This document shows positions 9,429 to 18,005 of a stretch of DNA of 64,000 nucleotides, one piece after another. The stretch is from an uncultured delta proteobacterium (GTDB taxonomy: Bacteria; Desulfobacterota; Desulfuromonadia; Desulfuromonadales; JACZKF01), in the NCBI GenBank assembly GCA_963816395.1, contig CAWFKQ010000016.1, positions 416,001-480,000 on the forward strand, written 5' to 3'. Numbering within the stretch: position 1 is the stretch's first letter; every line of letters starts with the position of its first letter. The position numbers and the translations under genes were made by a program. The notes under the pieces were generated by a model. The model had not been told where the DNA came from, ran no database searches, and saw only the letters and a program-made list of their open reading frames with translations.

Positions 9429-12404
9429 ATGAAAAAGCATGGAAGGTTTCTGAGGTTTTTTCTGGTCGGCCTGATGGCTGTTTCTTTGGCCCTGGCCGGC
9501 TGCGAGGGTGATGAAGGAGATCGCGGCCCCGCCGGTCCACCCGGACCTCCCGGGCCCCCGGGAGAACCGGGCACTCCAGGCACTCCAGGCACGCCGGCAA
9601 CAGGTGCCCAGGCGCAGCCGCCGATCATCGCCATCCCGGCGGCGATCACCAGTGTCACGGTTCCACAGGGAGGTGGGCAGCCGACCGTCCAGTTCAACGT
9701 GCAGGATGAAAACGGCCAGCCGATCACCGACCTCGCCACCGGTGATGTGCGCTTCATCATCGCCAAGCTGGTGCCGGGAGGGACGAATGAGACGGCCAAC
9801 TGGCAGAGTTACATCAATCGCACGGAAACCGCCGCTGCCGGCGTCGGTCCCGGTGGAACTCCGGCACTGACCTCGGCGACCCAGGCGACGACCGAGAACA
9901 ATGGGACGCTGACCAATAACGGCGGTGGCAACTACACCTACACGTTCAGCAACAACATCGCCAACATCACCCAGCCGATTGCCGTTCCCTATGAGCCGAC
10001 GCTTACCCACCGGGTGGCGATTCAGATAGAGCGGGAAGCGGAAGGGGGGCCGCTGAAGGTCTCCAACCCCGTCTTCAACTTCGTGCCCGCCGGCGGCGAG
10101 CCGGCGCAGCCGAGTGTGGTCACCACCGCCCAATGCAACGAATGCCATGACTTGCTGGCCCTCCATGGCGGCGGTCGGATCAACGTGGACTACTGCGTGA
10201 CCTGCCACAATCCGGGCACCACCGACGCCAACAGCGGCAACGTCCTCGACTTCCCGATCATGGTGCATAAAATCCATCGCGGCGACGAACTGCCGAGTTT
10301 CACCGAAGGGGGAGTGCCCTATGTCATCTGGGGCTTCGGCAACAGTCCGCACGACTACTCCAACCTGGGCTACCCGCAGGACATCCGCCACTGCACCAAA
10401 TGCCATGAAGCGGGCAAAGCGCCGATGGGGAACAACTGGAAGGCGGCGCCTTCGATCCAGGCCTGCGGCGCCTGCCACGACAACATCATCTTCAACCCGA
10501 CCGTGCAGAACCTGCCGACCCCGGCGCCGGCCTTCATGCGCAACCACACCGGCGGCGTACCGGTGACCAACAGCGCCTGCTCCGCCTGCCACCCGGCGGA
10601 TACCGACGGGGTGGGGATCGCTTCCGGGCAGCCCCTCAGTGCTCTCATCACCGGCGCCAACGTGACCGACGTCCATATCATCCCGGCGGAAGCGGGCGCA
10701 GCCGTATTCGAGTACAAGATCCTCGAGATCACCAACACCAAGCCGGGGCAGAATCCGACGGTGAAATTCCAGGTGCTCAACCCAAAAACAGGCGAACCCT
10801 ACAATATCCTGACCGCTTCGCCCTGGATGCAAGGTGGCGCGAGCAGCCTGTCCGTCGATATCGGCTGGCCTACCCAGGAATTTGCCAATACGGGCAGCGG
10901 TGCCGATCCGGCGCAGCCGATCCGCATCAACCCGCTTACTGCTGGGGTTGCCACCGATAATGGCGACGGCACCTTCTCCGTCACCTCGCCGACGCCGATC
11001 CCGGCGGACGTGACCGGCAGCGGCCGTGTCGCCCTGGAAGGGCATCCGGCCCTGGTGGACGCGAGCGGCAACCCGATCACGCAGGATGGCGCAGCGATCC
11101 GGGTGCCGGTAAAAACCGCCACCATGAACTTCCCGATCACCGACAGCACGGCCCAAGGGCAGCGCGACATCGTCTCCATTGACAAGTGCAACGTCTGCCA
11201 TAACACCCTGAGCCTGCACGGCAACAACCGCACCGACAACATCGGCGTCTGCGTCATCTGCCACAACCCCGACGCCACCGATATCGAGCAGCGCCCGGCC
11301 ACCGGTGCGATCGATGGTCGCAAGGAGCAGGCGATCGACTTCAAGACGATGATCCACGGCATCCATGCCAACGAGGTCCGCACTGACAATGGCGGCCAAA
11401 CCGGCACGACGGGCCTGGTGATCTACGGGTTCGGCGGCAACCCGCACGACTTCGGCCTCAACAGCACCACCGGCGACGCCGTGCGCTTCCCGGGGCGGCT
11501 GCAGAACTGCCTCAAGTGCCACGTGGACGAGGCCTATCAGATTCCTCTGAATAATTTCGTGCTGGCCACCACCGTCGATACCGGCGCCGATCTGGCCGAT
11601 CCGACGGACGACACCAACATCAGCCCGAGCGCCGCTTTCTGCTCCTACTGCCACGACAGCGCCCAGGCCATACAGCACATGAAGAACGTTGGCACGGCAG
11701 AGTTCGACCTGGTCGGCGGCACTTTCGACCCGACCGAGGCGGACACCACCGAGACGTGCGATTTCTGTCACGCGCCGGACGGCATCGCCCCGCTCAAGGG
11801 TCTGATGGCGATCTCCGAGGTGGAAGTCCCGGCTCCGCAGCCGGTCCTTGGCCCGCCGGCGCCGAATCCGCCGGTTAATGGAGGCGGAGGAGGCGGTAAC
11901 CAGGCGCCGGTGGCCAATGCCGGGCCCGCCCAGACCATAGCCGCGCCCGGTACGCCGGTCACCCTCGACGGCACCGCCAGCGCCGATCCGAATGGCGACA
12001 CCCTGACGTACACCTGGACCCTGCAGGTGCCGACGGGGAGCAACGCCACGCTGACGGGCGCCGATACGGCGACCCCGACGTTCACTCCCGACATCAACGG
12101 CACCTACACCGCCACCCTGGTCGTCAATGACGGGACGGTGGACAGCGCGCCTTCGACGGTCACCGTTACCGTCGGCGGCGGTGGCGGCGCCGACCTGGCG
12201 GCGGGGCAGGCGGTTTATACGAATAACTGCGCCGCGTGCCATGTGTTGGGTACCTTCGATACGACAGGCTTCGCTCCCGACCTGGCCGGCAAGGGAACCC
12301 TGGTGGACACCATGTTCCCGACTCCGGGGGTAGCGGGGCACCAGAACATCACTCTCTCGGCCCAGGACATCACCAACGTGAAAGCGTTTGTCGATTCCCA
12401 GTAA
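9429..12404 (+). CDS. MtrC/OmcA-family decaheme lipoprotein with C-terminal PKD/Ig-like domain and an extra monoheme domain (11 CxxCH)
   Basis: Lipobox LAG-C, collagen-like GPP/GTP repeat, 5+5 CxxCH, NQAPVANAG...TLDGTASADPNGDTLTYTW, terminal CAACH. Confidence 0.92.
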   Translation: MKKHGRFLRFFLVGLMAVSLALAGCEGDEGDRGPAGPPGPPGPPGEPGTPGTPGTPATGAQAQPPIIAIPAAITSVTVPQGGGQPTVQFNVQDENGQPITDLATGDVRFIIAKLVPGGTNETANWQSYINRTETAAAGVGPGGTPALTSATQATTENNGTLTNNGGGNYTYTFSNNIANITQPIAVPYEPTLTHRVAIQIEREAEGGPLKVSNPVFNFVPAGGEPAQPSVVTTAQCNECHDLLALHGGGRINVDYCVTCHNPGTTDANSGNVLDFPIMVHKIHRGDELPSFTEGGVPYVIWGFGNSPHDYSNLGYPQDIRHCTKCHEAGKAPMGNNWKAAPSIQACGACHDNIIFNPTVQNLPTPAPAFMRNHTGGVPVTNSACSACHPADTDGVGIASGQPLSALITGANVTDVHIIPAEAGAAVFEYKILEITNTKPGQNPTVKFQVLNPKTGEPYNILTASPWMQGGASSLSVDIGWPTQEFANTGSGADPAQPIRINPLTAGVATDNGDGTFSVTSPTPIPADVTGSGRVALEGHPALVDASGNPITQDGAAIRVPVKTATMNFPITDSTAQGQRDIVSIDKCNVCHNTLSLHGNNRTDNIGVCVICHNPDATDIEQRPATGAIDGRKEQAIDFKTMIHGIHANEVRTDNGGQTGTTGLVIYGFGGNPHDFGLNSTTGDAVRFPGRLQNCLKCHVDEAYQIPLNNFVLATTVDTGADLADPTDDTNISPSAAFCSYCHDSAQAIQHMKNVGTAEFDLVGGTFDPTEADTTETCDFCHAPDGIAPLKGLMAISEVEVPAPQPVLGPPAPNPPVNGGGGGGNQAPVANAGPAQTIAAPGTPVTLDGTASADPNGDTLTYTWTLQVPTGSNATLTGADTATPTFTPDINGTYTATLVVNDGTVDSAPSTVTVTVGGGGGADLAAGQAVYTNNCAACHVLGTFDTTGFAPDLAGKGTLVDTMFPTPGVAGHQNITLSAQDITNVKAFVDSQ

Positions 12405-12422
12405 GCTAAGGGCTGCGGCATT

Positions 12423-12463
12423 AAAAAAAACAGGGTGGGCCTTTCGGCCCACCCTGTTTTTTT
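12423..12463. terminator. Bidirectional intrinsic terminator
   Basis: A8-CAGGGTGGGC...GCCCACCCTG-T-run between convergent genes. Confidence 0.85.
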
Positions 12464-12479
12464 CGTGGAAGGAAGTCCC

Positions 12480-14399
12480 TTAGCCCTCGAAGTAGGTGTA
12501 CCCCCGCAAACTCGCGCCGAAGCTCTCCAGGATCTCCTGGCGCTCGGGGACGCTGATCGCCCCCCTCCGCACCGCCCCCTCGGCGGTGAGGCGGAAGCGC
12601 TCCAGGATGTCCTTGGGGTTGTACTGCACGTAGCCGAGGATGTCGGCGATGCTGTCCCCCTGGTTTTCCCGCGTCACGTCGAAGCTGCCGTCCTCGTTGA
12701 CCCGCACGCTGACCACGTTGGTGTCGCCGAAGAGGTTGTGCAGGTCGCCCAGGGTCTCCTGGTAGGCGCCGACCAGGAAGACGCCGAGGAAATAATCCTC
12801 CCCCGGGCGCACCGGATGCAGGGGGAGGGTCTTGCGGGTGCCGTGCAGGTCGATGAAGTGGTCGATGCGCCCGTCGCTGTCGCAGGTGATGTCGGCGATG
12901 ATCCCCTCGCGGGTCGGGCGCTCCTCCAGGCGGTGGATCGGCATGACCGGGAAGATCTGGCCGATGGCCCAGTGGTCGGGGAGGGACTGGAAGACGCTCA
13001 GGTTGCCGTAGTAGATATCGGCCATCTGCTCGCGCAGGCCGGCGACCTCGGGGGGCGTCTCGCCATCGAGCGCGTCCAGGTGCCCGACGATGCGCTGGAA
13101 GATTGCCAGCACCAGGTTTTCCGCGAGGGAGCGGGCGCGCAGGGAAATCTGCCCCCGCTTGAACATCTCGCGGAGCTCGTCCCGGTAGAAGACGGTGTTG
13201 TTGAAGCACTGCTGGATGGTCGAGGGGTTGAGGTGACCCAGCATCTCGTAGAGGTTGTGGATAAGAGGATTTTCTTCGGCCGGCGGCGCCTGCTGGAGGG
13301 GCGGCGGCTCGAAGTGGGTCACGTCGAAGATATTGAAGAGCAGGAGGGAATAATAGGCGACGGTGGGGCGCCCGGACTCGGTGACGATGGTCGGATGCTC
13401 GATGTCGTGCGGGTCGAGGGTCTCCATGATCACCTCGACCAGATCGGCGCTATATTCGTCGATGGTGTAGTTCATCGACTGGGTATGGTTGGACCGGGAG
13501 CCGAGATAATCGACGGCCAGGCCGCCGCCGAAGTCGAGGAACCCCATGGGGGCACCTTCCTGCACCAGGTTGATGTAGAAGCGGCAGGCCTCCATGGCCG
13601 CCTGACGGATGTCGCGGATGTTGGGGATCTGGGAGCCGAGATGGCAGTGGAGGAGCTGCAGGCAGTCGAGCATGTCGTGCTCTTTGAGCGCGTCGACGAT
13701 CTCCACCAGCTGGCTGGTGGTCAGGCCGAAGATGCTGCGGTCGCCGCTCGTCTTGTTCCAGTGGCCGCCGACGGTGGTGGCGAGTTTGGCCCGCATGCCG
13801 ATGAAAGGGCGGATGCCCAGGGCCTTGCTGCGCTCGATGATGATCGGCAGCTCGGCAGGGGTTTCGATGACGAAAAAGCAGCGGTAGCCGAGCTTGCGGG
13901 CGCGCAGCCCGAGGTCGATGAATCCCCGGTCCTTGTAGCCGTTGCAGACGATCATGCTGTCGTCGCCGGGGAGAGAGGCGAGGGCGACGATGAGCTCCGC
14001 CTTGCTTCCGGCCTCCAGGCCGTGCCGGTAGCGGGCGCCGAACCTGGCGATCTCCTCGATGACCTGGCGCTGCTGGTTGACCTTGATGGGGAAGACCCCC
14101 TGATAGCGGCCGCGGTAGCCGTGGCGCTTGATGGCGTCCCGGAAGGACTCGTTGAGGAGGGCGATGCGGGCGTCCAGGAGGTTTTCCACCCGCAGCAGGA
14201 GCGGCATCTGCAGGCCGCGCTGGTGCACTCCCGAGACGATGTCCATGAGAGACACCTGCACGTCGCCGGAAGGGAAGGGAACCTTCACCGTCACCTCCCC
14301 CTGGTCGGAGAGGTCGAAGTAACCAGCCCCCCAGTCGCGGACGCGGTAGAGACGGGCGGAATCCTCGACCGTCCAGTCCTTCTTCAACCTGGGATTCAT
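12480..14399 (-). CDS. speA: Biosynthetic arginine decarboxylase
   Basis: FPIKVNQ, GLEAGSKAEL, HCHLGSQI, ITCDSDG and GAYQETLGDLHNLFGD motifs; 639 aa. Confidence 0.95.
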   Translation of the reverse strand: MNPRLKKDWTVEDSARLYRVRDWGAGYFDLSDQGEVTVKVPFPSGDVQVSLMDIVSGVHQRGLQMPLLLRVENLLDARIALLNESFRDAIKRHGYRGRYQGVFPIKVNQQRQVIEEIARFGARYRHGLEAGSKAELIVALASLPGDDSMIVCNGYKDRGFIDLGLRARKLGYRCFFVIETPAELPIIIERSKALGIRPFIGMRAKLATTVGGHWNKTSGDRSIFGLTTSQLVEIVDALKEHDMLDCLQLLHCHLGSQIPNIRDIRQAAMEACRFYINLVQEGAPMGFLDFGGGLAVDYLGSRSNHTQSMNYTIDEYSADLVEVIMETLDPHDIEHPTIVTESGRPTVAYYSLLLFNIFDVTHFEPPPLQQAPPAEENPLIHNLYEMLGHLNPSTIQQCFNNTVFYRDELREMFKRGQISLRARSLAENLVLAIFQRIVGHLDALDGETPPEVAGLREQMADIYYGNLSVFQSLPDHWAIGQIFPVMPIHRLEERPTREGIIADITCDSDGRIDHFIDLHGTRKTLPLHPVRPGEDYFLGVFLVGAYQETLGDLHNLFGDTNVVSVRVNEDGSFDVTRENQGDSIADILGYVQYNPKDILERFRLTAEGAVRRGAISVPERQEILESFGASLRGYTYFEG

Positions 14400-14420
14400 C
14401 TCAGATCTCCAGAATGGAAA

Positions 14421-14479
14421 GGGCGGGCTGCAAACCCGCCCCTACGATTATGTCTGTAGGGGCACGGCGCGCCGTGCCC
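14421..14479. repeat. Pair of GTAG-type REP-like palindromes in opposite orientation
   Basis: GTAGGGGCGGGTTTGCAGCCCGCCC on the - strand (14421-14445) and GTAGGGGCACGGCGCGCCGTGCCC on the + strand (14456-14479). Confidence 0.7.
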
Positions 14480-14515
14480 TGATCCGCTTCCTGCCACCCG
14501 TGCCCTTCCCGATCT

Positions 14516-15361
14516 CTACCCAGAGATGTTTTCCCGGGCGAAGGTCGGCAGCATGAAGGCGCCGAGGTGCAGGTCCTCGTTATAGTACTTCGTGTAAAAA
14601 CCCCGCCCGGCCGCCCGCTGGCGGTTGAAGTCCCGCACCGGGTGGTACTTTTTGCTGGCGAAGGCGAAACTCCAGAGCCCGCTGGGGTAGGTGGGGATGA
14701 AGGCCTGGTACATCTCGACAATGGGGAAAACCGCCCGCAGGTTGCGGTACATGCTCTTCTGCACCGCGGCGTGATAGAAGGGGGATTCGCTCTGCGCCAC
14801 CATGATGCCGTCCGCTTTCAGCGCGCCGGCGACCAGGCGGTAGAAGTCCTCCTCGAAAAGCCCTACGGCGGGGCCGATGGGATCGGTGGAGTCGACCAGG
14901 ATGATGTCGAATTCATCGGTGTGCTCGCGGATATAGGCGAGCCCGTCGGCCACCTGCACCTCCACCCGCGGGTTGCTGCCGTCGATCTCGCAGGCGAGAG
15001 AGGGAAGTAGCTCGATCGATTTCTCGATAACCAGCCCGTCGATCTCGCACAGCACCGCCTTTTCCACTCCGGGATGCTTGACGATTTCGCGGATGGTGCC
15101 GCCGTCGCCGCCGCCGATCACCAGCACCTTTTTCGGCTCGGGATGGGTGAAGAGCGCCGGATGGGTGATCATGTCATGGTAGACGAACTCGTCGCGCTCG
15201 GTGACCATCACCAGACCATCGAGAAGCATCATGCGCCCGTACTCCAGCGTCTCGATGATGTCGAGCTGCTGGAATTCGCTTTCGCCCGAAAACAGGCTTT
15301 TGCTGGCCTTCAGGGTGATGCCGACGTTTTCCGAGTGTTTTTCCGTGTACCAGAGTTCCAT
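14516..15361 (-). CDS. speE: Polyamine aminopropyltransferase (spermidine synthase family)
   Basis: MELWYTE, LDGLVMVTERDEFVYH, VLVIGGGDGG, DSTDPIGPA, PTYPSG. Confidence 0.95.
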   Translation of the reverse strand: MELWYTEKHSENVGITLKASKSLFSGESEFQQLDIIETLEYGRMMLLDGLVMVTERDEFVYHDMITHPALFTHPEPKKVLVIGGGDGGTIREIVKHPGVEKAVLCEIDGLVIEKSIELLPSLACEIDGSNPRVEVQVADGLAYIREHTDEFDIILVDSTDPIGPAVGLFEEDFYRLVAGALKADGIMVAQSESPFYHAAVQKSMYRNLRAVFPIVEMYQAFIPTYPSGLWSFAFASKKYHPVRDFNRQRAAGRGFYTKYYNEDLHLGAFMLPTFARENISG

Positions 15362-15373
15362 GGCTGAAAATCC

Positions 15374-15478
15374 TTTCAACGCAAAGTCGCAAAGATCAAA
15401 AAGAAAGACGCAAAGAAGGAAGTAAGGCCAAAATTGTAACTGGCGCCTTGGCTCTCCCTTTGCGTCTTTGCGTTAAAA
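15374..15478. repeat. Imperfect palindrome built from (A)CGCAAAG units
   Basis: AACGCAAAGTCGCAAAG...GACGCAAAG pairs with CTTTGCGTCTTTGCGTT. Confidence 0.7.
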
Positions 15479-15496
15479 TCAGTTTTTGGCGCCTTT

Positions 15497-15895
15497 TTAA
15501 ACCGCTTTCATCAGCTCCATCGGTTTGTGGGTCAGTTCCCCCACCACCTCCAGCTGGCCGCGCTTCATCTCCATGGTGGAGGCGCGGCGGGAACGCAGGT
15601 TAGTCTTCAGATGGCGATAAGCGGTTTCCGGAATGACCGTATTGCCGCAGGTGAACAGGTCGACGGCGGCATAGCCGTATTCCGGCCAGGTATGGATCGC
15701 CAAATGGCTTTCGGCAATTATAACCGCTCCGGAGACCCCGTGCGGACTGAATGTGTGGAAAACCTTACTGACGATGGTGGCGCCGGCCGCCAGGGCCGCC
15801 TCGCACATGATCTCCTCAATCCTCCCCGGATTGTTGAGGACTTCGGGGTCGCACTCATAGAATTCGGCGACAATCTGCTGACCAAGAGATTTCAT
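15497..15895 (-). CDS. speD: S-adenosylmethionine decarboxylase proenzyme
   Basis: [31 protein letters not shown]. Confidence 0.93.
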   Translation of the reverse strand: MKSLGQQIVAEFYECDPEVLNNPGRIEEIMCEAALAAGATIVSKVFHTFSPHGVSGAVIIAESHLAIHTWPEYGYAAVDLFTCGNTVIPETAYRHLKTNLRSRRASTMEMKRGQLEVVGELTHKPMELMKAV

Positions 15896-16011
15896 GGCGT
15901 GTTTCCTTTCTACGATGAAATCCGGTCCGACGGGCCGGGTAGAACCGCAACTTCAGGTGCCAGGGATCAGCTTTCAGGTCTTGCCCCGAGTCTGAAGCCT
16001 GCCACTGACCT

Positions 16012-16554
16012 TCAATAGAAAAATGTCGGCGGCGAGACAACCCAGAGGATCTTCGCCGCGGTCTTCCCCGGGTTGCGCACATGGTGGCGGCGGTCCGAGG
16101 GAAAGTAGAAGCATTCATCCCGGCGCACCGGGTAAGCTTTTTCATCGAGGACCAGCTCAATACGGCCGGTCAGCACAAAACCGAATTCCTCTCCTTCATG
16201 GAAAGGCTGCTCAGCCATCGTCTCCCCCGGCTGCAGCGTCACCAGGGCCGGATCCATGGTGCGATTCTGGGCGCCGGGCACCAGGAGCTCGACCCGCATG
16301 CCCGCCTCGTCGCTGGCATTGACCCGGGAATCGGCGCCGAATACAACCTGCCGTTCCGGAGTCACGGCAAAGAATTCGGCGAAGGATACGCCGAGAACGT
16401 CGAGGATGTCCTTCAGGGTGCTGATCGCCGGGCTGGTGGCGTCGTTCTCCAGCTGCGAAATGTACCCTTTGGTCAGGTCGGCGCGGCTGGCCAACTCTTC
16501 CTGGGTCAGGGAGTTGGACATGCGCAGCTTTCTGAGTCTTTCCCCGATTTTCAC
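16012..16554 (-). CDS. XRE-HTH plus cupin transcriptional regulator (PuuR-like)
   Basis: LTQEELA...KGYISQLE HTH and HEGEEFGFV cupin. First gene of the spe operon. Confidence 0.88.
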   Translation of the reverse strand: MKIGERLRKLRMSNSLTQEELASRADLTKGYISQLENDATSPAISTLKDILDVLGVSFAEFFAVTPERQVVFGADSRVNASDEAGMRVELLVPGAQNRTMDPALVTLQPGETMAEQPFHEGEEFGFVLTGRIELVLDEKAYPVRRDECFYFPSDRRHHVRNPGKTAAKILWVVSPPTFFY

Positions 16555-16567
16555 GCCGCAGTTCCAG

Positions 16568-16618
16568 GTTTAGTAATGGTAAACATTTTGTCAGGTGCCT
16601 TGTTTACAATTCCTAAAC
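16568..16618. promoter_or_regulatory. Two palindromic operator-like sites GTTTA-N7-TAAAC
   Basis: GTTTAgtaatggTAAAC (16568-16584) and GTTTAcaattccTAAAC (16602-16618), plus a half-site at 16624. Confidence 0.65.
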
Positions 16619-16651
16619 TTTCTGTTTAGAAAAATCGCACACAAGGGCGGA

Positions 16652-16680
16652 TTTATACTCCCTTTGCCGGGCGCTGTCAA
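16652..16680 (-). promoter_or_regulatory. Putative sigma70 promoter of the regulator-spe operon
   Basis: TTGACA-17 nt-TATAAA on the - strand. Confidence 0.65.
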
Positions 16681-16742
16681 CTCTTTTTTCCCTCATTTCG
16701 CACCAGCCGCCGGCGAATTTCGGTTTAAGTCCTGGCATCTCC

Positions 16743-16771
16743 TTGACATTCCATCATTTTTTCTATTTACT
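16743..16771 (+). promoter_or_regulatory. Putative sigma70 promoter of proC
   Basis: TTGACA-17 nt-TTTACT. Confidence 0.45.
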
Positions 16772-16836
16772 AGGGGGCCAGAAGAGAGCCGGAAAAGGCT
16801 ATTCATTCCATCCAGACGGGGGGAAAGAACGGTACC

Positions 16837-17646
16837 ATGACCATGGTGGGCAAAATCGCCTTTATTGGCGGTGGAAATATGGCGGAGGCCTTGATCCGGG
16901 GGCTGCTTCGGGGGACTTATCCGGCAACGGAAATCGTCGTCTCGGAGCCGAATGAAATACGGCGCGGTCAACTGGCCGAGCGTTATGAGGTAATCCTGAC
17001 GGCCGACAACCACGCGGCGGTGGCCGCTGCCGACCTGGTGATCCTGGCGATAAAGCCGCAGATTATCGGGGGGGTCCTCCCCGGAATTGCCGGCGTCTTT
17101 TCGAACGACAAGCTGATGATCTCGATCCTGGCCGGGATTCCGACCGCCTCCCTGGAACGGTTTTTCGACGGTTCGCCGCGGGTGGTGCGGGCGATGCCCA
17201 ATACCCCGGCACTGGTCGGCGAGGGGGCCACCGCCCTTTGCGCCGGCCGCTTCGCCACTGTCGATGATCTGCTCACGGCGCGGCACCTGTTCGAAACCGT
17301 GGGTCTGGTGCAGGTGGTCGGTGAAATGCAGATGGATGCCGTGACCGGCCTCTCCGGTTCCGGTCCCGCTTACGTCTTCACTGTCATCGAAGCGCTGGCG
17401 GATGGGGGGGTGCAGGAAGGTTTGCCGCGGGAGACGGCCCTTGCCCTGGCGACCCAAACGGTGCTCGGGGCAGCCCGCCTGGTGCGCGAAGGCGAGCATC
17501 CGGCCGTACTGCGCGACCGGGTCTGTTCGCCGGGAGGAACCACCATCGCCGGTATCGGCGCGCTGGAGGAGAAGGGGTTGCGGGGAGCGCTGATGGAGGC
17601 GGTGGCCCGTGCCGCCGCGCGCTCGCGGGAACTTGGGAAGAAATAG
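16837..17646 (+). CDS. proC: Pyrroline-5-carboxylate reductase
   Basis: FIGGGNMAEA, RAMPNTP, GLSGSGPAY, VCSPGGTTIAG. Confidence 0.95.
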   Translation: MTMVGKIAFIGGGNMAEALIRGLLRGTYPATEIVVSEPNEIRRGQLAERYEVILTADNHAAVAAADLVILAIKPQIIGGVLPGIAGVFSNDKLMISILAGIPTASLERFFDGSPRVVRAMPNTPALVGEGATALCAGRFATVDDLLTARHLFETVGLVQVVGEMQMDAVTGLSGSGPAYVFTVIEALADGGVQEGLPRETALALATQTVLGAARLVREGEHPAVLRDRVCSPGGTTIAGIGALEEKGLRGALMEAVARAAARSRELGKK

Positions 17647-17647
17647 T

Positions 17648-17689
17648 CAGACAGTCAGGGCCGGTCGGATGACCGGCCCTGACTGTCTG
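17648..17689. terminator. Perfect 19-bp hairpin between convergent genes
   Basis: CAGACAGTCAGGGCCGGTC-ggat-GACCGGCCCTGACTGTCTG; no U-tract. Confidence 0.5.
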
Positions 17690-17800
17690 CGGCGATTGGC
17701 GGTTTCATCTGTATGGTTTTCGCTTGGAGCGCCCCCTGTCCGCGCATCATCAACTCCTGTGCCTTCCCTAAGTCCCCTCTGATCCGCACCCATCTACCCC

Positions 17801-17983
17801 TTATCGGCTTTCCCCGGCGTCAGTCAGCTTGCCATCCTTGTTGATCTCGTCGAAAAGGGCGATCTGCTCGGCCATCGACAACTTCTTCCGGCACCCTTTT
17901 CCGGTGCGCAGGCAGAGCCGGCAGCGGTCATCCGAACACCACTGGCACTGGCGGCAATCGGGGCAGGGATGCTTCTTCTCCAT
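17801..17983 (-). CDS. Small Cys-rich hypothetical protein (60 aa)
   Basis: MEKKHPCPDCRQCQWCSDDRCRLC...C with a GGAG RBS upstream. Confidence 0.65.
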   Translation of the reverse strand: MEKKHPCPDCRQCQWCSDDRCRLCLRTGKGCRKKLSMAEQIALFDEINKDGKLTDAGESR

Positions 17984-18005
17984 ATCGACTCCGTTCACTC
18001 CCAGT

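Noticed and set aside
9408..12452. Very long antisense ORFs (9408..12452, also 1113..3071, 12435..14459, 50202..52886, 57085..59181)
   Set aside because: They mirror well-supported genes on the opposite strand, carry no motifs, and are expected shadows of GC-rich codon usage.
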